DNA from: a virus
Lineage: Duplodnaviria; Caudoviricetes
IMG/VR virus record: IMGVR_UViG_3300017911_001939
Coordinates: 1 to 64,000 of that record
DNA: 64,000 bases
Direction: 5' to 3' (one strand)
The position numbers and the translations under genes are program-made. Within the stretch, counting starts at the first letter, position 1. Every line of letters starts with the position of its first letter. Below are positions 57,327 through 64,000 of the stretch, in pieces. A model generated the notes under the pieces. The model did no database searches. It saw only the letters and a program-made list of their open reading frames with translations, and was not told the origin of the DNA.

Positions 57327-57735
57327 GTAATTTTTTCCATTGCTTATTAAACGTAAGCATTCTTTCTTCTACTGATGGATAATACATATACGAATCTAAA
57401 TCTACCATATAAGGCTTCTTCGTATTTTCACATACGATATAATTTTGTCTATGGAAATCGTTGAATGTATAATCTGATTTATGATTTACAATATCCTCTA
57501 TTACTGTATTAGGTTCTGTAAAATAAAAACCTTTTATATAATCAATTATAATAGTAATCGTCTTATCTTCAATAGAATACTCATAATTAGGAATTAGTAT
57601 TCTATTAAAATTTTCACTTCTCAATCTAGTTAAATTATCATATACAATTTTTGCATAATCTACGGTTTGATATTCAATTACTTTAGTAAGAGTAAATGTT
57701 TTTATATTCGTTCTAAGCGAATCCACATAATACAT
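57319..57735 (-). CDS. Minimal protein-kinase-like fold protein
   Basis: IDYIKG, DFHRQNYIV catalytic loop, MVDLD. Confidence 0.55.
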   Translation of the reverse strand: MYYVDSLRTNIKTFTLTKVIEYQTVDYAKIVYDNLTRLRSENFNRILIPNYEYSIEDKTITIIIDYIKGFYFTEPNTVIEDIVNHKSDYTFNDFHRQNYIVCENTKKPYMVDLDSYMYYPSVEERMLTFNKQWKKLHG

Positions 57736-57738
57736 ATT

Positions 57739-58563
57739 TTAAAATCCTAGTGTTCTATCATTTAGTGCCACGATAAGATTATCTAAAGTATGTTCTCCTT
57801 GTTCAGAAAGTTGCTCAGTGCATATTTTACAATATTCTTCATACTGAAATAAATCGAAATTCATCATCTTCTCGATGTTCTTTTTTGTTACATCAAATGT
57901 CTTAGAACCATTAATTACTTTTTTACTGCAGTGCCTTATTTTTTGCATTTCAAAGTCAATGACTGGAACTGAAGGATATTTGGCACAAAGCTTTCTAGTA
58001 ATTTCAGAAGCTTGCATATCTACATCATAAAACGGTGATCTTGCATTAAATTTTTTAAACATAGTATTATCATGATCTATATGTGATAAGTCATAATTTT
58101 CTCTAAATTTAAAATAATTAGGAGTTTGAATAATAACGTTATAGTTGTTATTATCATTTTGCTCTAAAAAATCATAGTTACCTAGTTTTTCAATGCGATC
58201 TTCATGAAAGTCTAGTACTAGGTGTTCGACATAATAAATTGAAGGATCTTCTAATATATGTGGATAACGCTTGCGCACAAACGAATTAGACAATACTGAA
58301 GGAATAAGAGTAGGATATTTTTTAATTTCAGCAATGACTTCATCCAAATTTTTTACTAGGCCTGGTTCTCCACCTAGCAAATTAATTTTTGCTTTGTATC
58401 TAGAAAGATATTTTAATGTTTTACTTAGAAAATCCATATCTACTTCTAGATTTCTCATTTCCAATGTCCATGCTGTACAGTAATGGCATGACTTATTGCA
58501 AGATTTTGTTAAATAAAAATCAATACCAAAATATCCATTCGCTTTTAAATCTTTATAATTCAT
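57739..58563 (-). CDS. Radical SAM enzyme
   Basis: CNKSCHYC, LLGGEP, SN; C-terminal Cys cluster (C..HC..CKIC). Confidence 0.85.
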   Translation of the reverse strand: MNYKDLKANGYFGIDFYLTKSCNKSCHYCTAWTLEMRNLEVDMDFLSKTLKYLSRYKAKINLLGGEPGLVKNLDEVIAEIKKYPTLIPSVLSNSFVRKRYPHILEDPSIYYVEHLVLDFHEDRIEKLGNYDFLEQNDNNNYNVIIQTPNYFKFRENYDLSHIDHDNTMFKKFNARSPFYDVDMQASEITRKLCAKYPSVPVIDFEMQKIRHCSKKVINGSKTFDVTKKNIEKMMNFDLFQYEEYCKICTEQLSEQGEHTLDNLIVALNDRTLGF

Positions 58564-58919
58564 GTTGAATCCACTTTTTCGGGTTTGCCATCTGCTGACA
58601 AAACGATTTGCTTTTTATGGCTATCAGTTTCTCTCTTTTTACAGATATGATGGCATATGCCAAAACCTTTACCTTCTTTTAAATCTTCAAAAAACTTAAC
58701 CCATTCATCTTGTAAAATAATTTCATCTAAAGATTCGTAATCATCAATTTTACTGACAGCTAATAAATCTTTATACCTAGGTTCTTTTCTAGTATGCTGA
58801 TTATCACACCAACAACACGGAATAAGTTCTCCCAAATTTGTAACAGCAAACGCGTTTTGTTGATTATTAAAACATTTAGGCTCTATTTCATGTCGAGAAT
58901 CATATTTGTCTAATTCCAT
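58560..58919 (-). CDS. Stand-alone SPASM/twitch-like Fe-S domain
   Basis: PKC...AVTNLGELIPCCWC...ICHHIC. Confidence 0.65.
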   Translation of the reverse strand: MELDKYDSRHEIEPKCFNNQQNAFAVTNLGELIPCCWCDNQHTRKEPRYKDLLAVSKIDDYESLDEIILQDEWVKFFEDLKEGKGFGICHHICKKRETDSHKKQIVLSADGKPEKVDST

Positions 58920-58922
58920 AAT

Positions 58923-59573
58923 TTAATTTCTCCTCAGTGAAAGAGCCATCTCTTTATTTTTTGGTTTCAATGGATCATTTTTTCCTTCCCATCGAGAAGA
59001 ATATAATAGTCTAAATTTGATATTAGGAAGGTCTGCAATTAAACTTCTAGCTTCTTCTATATGATGTTCATTATAACTAAATACAATATATTGCCAATCT
59101 GCGCGATCTAAATATTTAGCAGATTCCCTAATAAGTCTAAGCATCTTATGACCGTCTTGATTTTTTCGGTATTTGTCGCTTTCATCAGGTAATCCGTCTA
59201 ATCCAAAAAACCATACTGCATGTGGATTTGCTTTCCAAGCTTTAGGATACCAACTTTCTGGTTTAGCCGCAGATGCGTGGTGTACTGTTACAGAATTTCC
59301 ATTTTTGTATGCCATTTCTAGCATTTCTATAAACTTGGGATGGTGCACTGGATCTGATACTTGACCACAAAAATTAATATGATAAAAATGATTTAAAATT
59401 TTTTCATATCTATCCAAAGGCATATCTTCTCCAGTTACTTTTAATCCCTTAGAAGTAAATGAAGTGTATCTTTGGCATCTTAAACATTCTAACGGACATC
59501 TATGCGTGATATCAATATTACACGCTGGTCTGTGATGAAATGTATTTGGATCTACTGGTAATTTTTCTCCCAT
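58923..59573 (-). CDS. Radical SAM enzyme (core only)
   Basis: CPLECLRC, FCGQVSDP, FGLDG, WQYIVFSYNEH. Confidence 0.85.
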   Translation of the reverse strand: MGEKLPVDPNTFHHRPACNIDITHRCPLECLRCQRYTSFTSKGLKVTGEDMPLDRYEKILNHFYHINFCGQVSDPVHHPKFIEMLEMAYKNGNSVTVHHASAAKPESWYPKAWKANPHAVWFFGLDGLPDESDKYRKNQDGHKMLRLIRESAKYLDRADWQYIVFSYNEHHIEEARSLIADLPNIKFRLLYSSRWEGKNDPLKPKNKEMALSLRRN

Positions 59574-59580
59574 ATAATCC

Positions 59581-59940
59581 TCACATATAATTAATTTTGT
59601 CTATAGACTTATTAAGAGAAGTTTCACACCATATTTTAAATTGTTTATTTAAAGCAGTTAGAAGATTATATTCTACTATATGATTGAAATGTTCTATAAA
59701 ATATTTAGCATTTGCATTGTTAAAAGATAAGTAAGTCTTTTCGACTATTAAATCATAAATTTCTGGACATACACCTTTAGTATATTCTTCATTAATTATA
59801 AATTCTTCATAACAATGTTCACTAAAAATTTTATGCAGATGTACTTCTTTTTTAAGTCTATCAGACACATCTATTAAATTAAAGTTTTCGTCAAGAATAC
59901 AAAATTTATCTATTTCTTTGTCAATTAATAATTCTACCAT
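59581..59940 (-). CDS. Hypothetical protein
   Basis: 119 aa ORF filling the operon gap. Confidence 0.55.
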   Translation of the reverse strand: MVELLIDKEIDKFCILDENFNLIDVSDRLKKEVHLHKIFSEHCYEEFIINEEYTKGVCPEIYDLIVEKTYLSFNNANAKYFIEHFNHIVEYNLLTALNKQFKIWCETSLNKSIDKINYM

Positions 59941-59941
59941 A

Positions 59942-61006
59942 TCAGACTCTTAATGCAACTGTGTTGATGACATGTTCAATTTCCTCATCTTTTAACCAAG
60001 CATGAATAGGTAACGAAAGTACGGTGTCTGCAGTATGCCGTGCTACTGCACAATATCCGCTACGATATTGGATATGGTTGTACATTGAATTATCGGGAAT
60101 AACTCGCTCATAATGTACTGATCCACCTAAAGCTTTCTTTACTTCGTTACGCGTTTCTTTATCCTCGAATTGTATTACGTATTTATGATAGTTGTGGTTG
60201 TCATGTTTTTGCGGAGTCTTTACAAGACCATCGAATTCATAATCATATTCTTTTGCAATTTCTTGTCTACGCTTTTGCCATTGTTCCATAAACTGAAAGC
60301 GATGTAGAATAACATCTGCATTAAAGTTATACATCTTTGAGTTGTAGCCCAACATAGCAAAGTCTTTATCTTTACCATGCTTAGCAAGCATACGTACTGT
60401 CTTGGCAATCTGATCGTCATCTGTCATAAACATGCCACCGCCTGAGATACCAGCAATGACTTTATTACCATTAAAGCTGTACGAACTACAATCACCAATT
60501 GTACCAGCCTTGCGGCCATTTAGACTTACACCTAATGACTGAGCCGCATCTTCAATAAAGACAATATCATTTTCTTTACAATAGTTCTCAATCTCGGTAG
60601 TATCGGTCATATTACCAAAAAGGTGTGTATAGATGAGAGCGCAGTTACCATCACGCTTCATCTTTTTTACAGACTCAAGTGTCATATGATAAGAGTCAGG
60701 ATCAATATCACAAAAGACTGGCATTGCACCCGCCATAGAGATACAACTTGCTGATGAGATCCATGAAAAACCAGTCACAAAGACTTGCCAACCTGGACCA
60801 ATGCCATGTGCTTTCAAAGAAAAATACAATGCATCGGTTGCACTACTTACAGGCACACAGTGTTTACGACCTGTATAATCTCTGAACGCTTGCTCTAGCT
60901 CTTCGGTTGGCCCTTCTGGTTCTTTTGCCATAGCCTTGTCAAAGAGTTCATAATATAGTTCTTTATTCTCGAGATATTCTCTATCCCAACCGTTGTAGTT
61001 CATCAT
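59942..61006 (-). CDS. DegT/DnrJ/EryC1/StrS PLP-dependent sugar aminotransferase
   Basis: SSATDAL, IEDAAQSLG, SYSFNGNK (PLP Lys), GYNSKM, LSLPIH. Confidence 0.92.
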   Translation of the reverse strand: MMNYNGWDREYLENKELYYELFDKAMAKEPEGPTEELEQAFRDYTGRKHCVPVSSATDALYFSLKAHGIGPGWQVFVTGFSWISSASCISMAGAMPVFCDIDPDSYHMTLESVKKMKRDGNCALIYTHLFGNMTDTTEIENYCKENDIVFIEDAAQSLGVSLNGRKAGTIGDCSSYSFNGNKVIAGISGGGMFMTDDDQIAKTVRMLAKHGKDKDFAMLGYNSKMYNFNADVILHRFQFMEQWQKRRQEIAKEYDYEFDGLVKTPQKHDNHNYHKYVIQFEDKETRNEVKKALGGSVHYERVIPDNSMYNHIQYRSGYCAVARHTADTVLSLPIHAWLKDEEIEHVINTVALRV

Positions 61007-61826
61007 ATGCTTTCATAATAGGTTCAATATTGGGCTTTTCTATAGAACGTCGACTATAAACCCAACCGCCATCTCTAATTTTTGTAGATCTATTATACTC
61101 TATTTTCTTATCGAAGTACATGCATTCTTGCAAAATTCTTGGCGCAGGATCAAATTGCTCTTTCGCATACACATACGTATTAAACATGCCTAATAAATTA
61201 TCTACAGGTGCGAAAATATTTTGTAAAAGGGGGTTTACAAACGCTTCTTTATATGTTATAATAAAGTATGACTTGTAGGAGGGAGCCAGTATACCCGCCC
61301 TTTCGTAGTACTGTTTTCCAGTCCCTAAAAACATATGTTCTGCTTTTAGATCTGGAACAGGATCTTTGTAAATATCAAAATTAATTCTTTTTTCGAAGTG
61401 ATCACCTACACCATTCACATACACATCAGTGTCACATAGATCATATACATGTCGTGGTCTAAAATAGTCTAAAGCATAATTATACTCTATAGGATGATTT
61501 TCAGAATATACTGATATTAGTTTGTGCGAAAACGCATCTATTAGAGAGAATAGTTGGTCATGACTATACTTATCTTTTAATTTCCACGCGTGAGTAAGCA
61601 TACTTCTACCCATAATAAGGGTAACATCGGTTTCTTCATAGAAATATTCGAATGATACATTTTTACAATGTACATACTTTTTTTCTAAAGAAGTGATATA
61701 ATCATTTACTTTGAAATCTGGATGTGGTATAATAATAAGTCGAGCATCGAGTAAAGATGCATATTCATAACTATAATATAACAAACCATCGCACGGCTTA
61801 CTCGTACATAGAATGTTCAATCTCAT
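60981..61826 (-). CDS. Hypothetical protein, possible GT-B-type glycosyltransferase
   Basis: 281 aa; C-terminal FDPAPRILQEC resembles the GT-B nucleotide-binding helix. Confidence 0.45.
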   Translation of the reverse strand: MRLNILCTSKPCDGLLYYSYEYASLLDARLIIIPHPDFKVNDYITSLEKKYVHCKNVSFEYFYEETDVTLIMGRSMLTHAWKLKDKYSHDQLFSLIDAFSHKLISVYSENHPIEYNYALDYFRPRHVYDLCDTDVYVNGVGDHFEKRINFDIYKDPVPDLKAEHMFLGTGKQYYERAGILAPSYKSYFIITYKEAFVNPLLQNIFAPVDNLLGMFNTYVYAKEQFDPAPRILQECMYFDKKIEYNRSTKIRDGGWVYSRRSIEKPNIEPIMKAYDELQRLG

Positions 61827-62563
61827 TGCGAATCAAATGCCCATTTCTTTTCATAACACCAAAAACAATGACCACACTCTTTTGCAAAATAATCTGTTTC
61901 TCTTGCTGTACCCACGCACGAACCAGTAATTGGATAAAGAGTTTTCATTAAGCCTTCTTCTTTATAAACACCTGCTACAAATTTTTTATCAACATTTATA
62001 TATGGCCTATATTCATCACCTTTTCCTGCCCAATTTTCTTGTGTATACGATCTTCTTTTTTCAGCAAGGTGATCAAAACCAATATTTTTCATAATATCTT
62101 GTGGCGGATTTTTTGTTATACCAGTGACGATTAAACACTCGTGCATTTTTTCGCAAATTTCTAAATGTTTTTGTTTTTCTAAAACTTTTACTAGACCTTC
62201 AATGTTATTACATCTATCAACATATTGGCCATCTATTAATACGCGTTCATCATTCCAACGCTCTTTAGCATATTCTTGCAATTCTTGATCATAAATGTCG
62301 AATTCATAGATATAGTGTTGACCGATTTTATGATTTGGAAATGTATCTTTCATAAATTCTACAATATCTAATGAGCAGAGCGCATCAAATGGAGCAGTCA
62401 AATCTTTTCCCGTAAAAGGAATAATTTCGACATTTGGAAAATGTTTACAGATTAAGTATAACAGAGATGCCGAATCAAGTCCTCCAGATAGCGATAAGAT
62501 AATTTTATCAGGAACATACTTATCGAATAGATCTATCGTTTGGTTTCCATAACTAATTTTCAT
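61823..62563 (-). CDS. QueC-like PP-loop ATPase
   Basis: LSLSGGLDS PP-loop; C-terminal SC...CGHCFWC Zn site. Confidence 0.75.
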   Translation of the reverse strand: MKISYGNQTIDLFDKYVPDKIILSLSGGLDSASLLYLICKHFPNVEIIPFTGKDLTAPFDALCSLDIVEFMKDTFPNHKIGQHYIYEFDIYDQELQEYAKERWNDERVLIDGQYVDRCNNIEGLVKVLEKQKHLEICEKMHECLIVTGITKNPPQDIMKNIGFDHLAEKRRSYTQENWAGKGDEYRPYINVDKKFVAGVYKEEGLMKTLYPITGSCVGTARETDYFAKECGHCFWCYEKKWAFDSQ

Positions 62564-62583
62564 TATTAAAACTCCATTTTATA

Positions 62584-63219
62584 TCATTTTATCCAATTGA
62601 TAACTTCGTCATAATCAGGCTTATGTTCTCCTGCATTTTTTATATATTTTTGCGGATAACGTCCAGAATGTTTATATCCGAATTGCATAGAAAATATTAC
62701 TTTTTCGTTATCAAGAAATTTCAATTCTTTTTGTAACATTTCGGATTTATAGCATAGCAAATAAGAAACTTGTAAACCGGCTTCAATACAAAGGCCAGAT
62801 AATATGGTAGAAAACATTCCAATTTCTATAGCATTTTCTCTCATTTGAGTATCACCATTGTATCTCTGTGGATCTACACAATAATGCTCAAATACTCTTT
62901 TTCTTTGAAATATACGTAACACAGAATCATTAGGAAAGGTTAGCCTAGAAGTAAAAAGAAGAACATAAGGAGCATATACATTTTTATTGATAAAGGTGCC
63001 ATTATGTGTAGATGCCTCATACAAGATTTCTTTTTCTTTTTTGTGTTTAGGCTGCAATACGTGAACTGTGTATGGCATTAAAGATTGTTTAGACGGTACT
63101 AATTCGTACGTTTTTTTAAGCAATTCTTCTACTAATTCTTGAGGTGGTTCTTCTCGGCCGTAATATCGAATTTGAGTCCTTTTACTAAATACGTCTTCTA
63201 TCGGCATCTTTCTCTCCAT
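62584..63219 (-). CDS. Nitroreductase-family flavoprotein
   Basis: KRTQIRYY, PSKQSLMPY, EIGMF..L..GL..S. Confidence 0.75.
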   Translation of the reverse strand: MERKMPIEDVFSKRTQIRYYGREEPPQELVEELLKKTYELVPSKQSLMPYTVHVLQPKHKKEKEILYEASTHNGTFINKNVYAPYVLLFTSRLTFPNDSVLRIFQRKRVFEHYCVDPQRYNGDTQMRENAIEIGMFSTILSGLCIEAGLQVSYLLCYKSEMLQKELKFLDNEKVIFSMQFGYKHSGRYPQKYIKNAGEHKPDYDEVINWIK

Positions 63220-63280
63220 ATAAATACCATCACCAATTTATTTATATGTATAAATAGGTCTGTATGGTTTTGTATAAATA
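63219..63280. promoter_or_regulatory. Divergent cluster of T4-type late promoters
   Basis: TATAAATA at + 63219, 63249, 63273 and - 63246..63239. Confidence 0.7.
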
Positions 63281-63309
63281 TAGACAAACAACGTAAAGAG
63301 TATTTGTGA

Positions 63310-63660
63310 ATGGCCCAATACGAAGAAATTACAATTGATCAAGGTGCGGATGCATCTATTGAACTACATCTTGTGAATACAGATGGCTCTAAGAAAAATC
63401 TTACGAACCACACCGTCACAGCGAAAATGAAAAAGAATTATACGAGCGACAGTTCAGACACAACCGATTTTGTGTCAACAATCGCAAATGCTCTTGACGG
63501 TATTGCAACTATTTCATTAACAAATCTACAAACAGATGCCCTTAAAGCAGGTCGATACGTTTATGATGTTGAGCTATCATTTCAAGATAGCGATGGTGAT
63601 ACGATTATTGAAAGGGTGTTAGAAGGTAAAATTACAATCACGCCGTCTGTAACGAGGTAA
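63310..63660 (+). CDS. Virion structural protein (Ig-like/BppU N-like)
   Basis: ITIDQGAD, KMKKNY, GRYVYDVE, RVLEGKITITPSVT. Confidence 0.7.
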   Translation: MAQYEEITIDQGADASIELHLVNTDGSKKNLTNHTVTAKMKKNYTSDSSDTTDFVSTIANALDGIATISLTNLQTDALKAGRYVYDVELSFQDSDGDTIIERVLEGKITITPSVTR

Positions 63661-63663
63661 GTC

Positions 63664-63924
63664 ATGGCAATAAGAGTCGGTACAGGTCAGACTACTCAAA
63701 TAAAGACGGTTAGAGGCGTTGGTCAAACAACACAAGTTCGAAAGGTTGTTGTTGGTCGACCAGTAAGAAACGTTAGTTCGGGTGCTACAGATATTAATAA
63801 CCTTTTAGGTGTTGATACTTCAGGCAGAGTTGATGGCGCTATCTTACAGTTTGACGCGGCTCTTGGTGTATTTGTGGCAAATGCCGAACTAACAAAACAG
63901 GACATTAACGGAGGCAATTATTAA
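63664..63924 (+). CDS. Small virion/tail fibre-associated protein
   Basis: GAGG RBS; L..VD....DGAILQFD repeat-type motif; INGGNY end. Confidence 0.65.
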   Translation: MAIRVGTGQTTQIKTVRGVGQTTQVRKVVVGRPVRNVSSGATDINNLLGVDTSGRVDGAILQFDAALGVFVANAELTKQDINGGNY

Positions 63925-64000
63925 TGGCCACTATTATTAGAATCAAAAGATCGACGGGTACCAGCGCTCCAGGGTCATTAAAATCAGGCGAACTCGCCTA
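63924..64000 (+). CDS. Tail fibre protein, 3'-partial
   Basis: MATIIRIKRSTGTSAPGSLKSGELA, a common fibre N-terminus. Confidence 0.65.
   Translation, partial: MATIIRIKRSTGTSAPGSLKSGELA

Noticed and set aside
57739-62563. QueC plus radical SAM as a 7-deazaguanine DNA modification system
   Set aside because: No folE, queD or dpdA in the window; the rSAMs do not look like QueE; context is glycan enzymes behind a late box. Not excluded for the whole genome

Overview
64 kb of a lytic, AT-rich T4-like (Tevenvirinae/Kyanoviridae-like) myovirus genome, probably marine. Its pstS looks proteobacterial, so the host is likely a proteobacterium (inference). In order: (1) ~1-6.4 kb, basic low-complexity proteins, several with T4 capsid-targeting-like N-termini, plus a cytidyltransferase and a 3TM holin-like gene; (2) single-gene ribonucleotide reductase, DenV-like glycosylase, PhoH, PD-(D/E)XK exonuclease and HAD nucleotidase; (3) a 10-gene glycosyl-/methyltransferase cluster; (4) pstS, short early genes behind a repeated TGTACA-N17-TATAAT promoter, SleB hydrolase, 2OG-Fe(II) oxygenase and 4 tRNAs; (5) gp33, gp32 and the tail/baseplate block (tape measure, gp26/gp51, gp54, gp2, gp4, gp48, gp53, hub, gp5, PAAR-amidase fusion, gp25, gp6, gp7, gp9, gp8, large virion protein); (6) an 11 kb minus-strand island behind a T4 late-promoter box, inside the tail genes (nitroreductase, QueC-like, DegT, radical SAMs, kinase-like, SGNH, carbamoyltransferase, glycosyltransferases). 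Best candidate for an undescribed system: phage-encoded glycosylation of its own virion, supported by a D-S-[A/D/S/N/G] motif bias in the outer baseplate/fibre proteins flanking the island. Other highlights: a lambda G/GT-type -1 frameshift joining gp26 to gp51, a PAAR spike carrying a peptidoglycan amidase, a cassette of probable capsid-targeted polyproteins, and two ORFs whose stop codons lie inside tRNA genes. Family calls come from motif recognition by eye; no searches were run.
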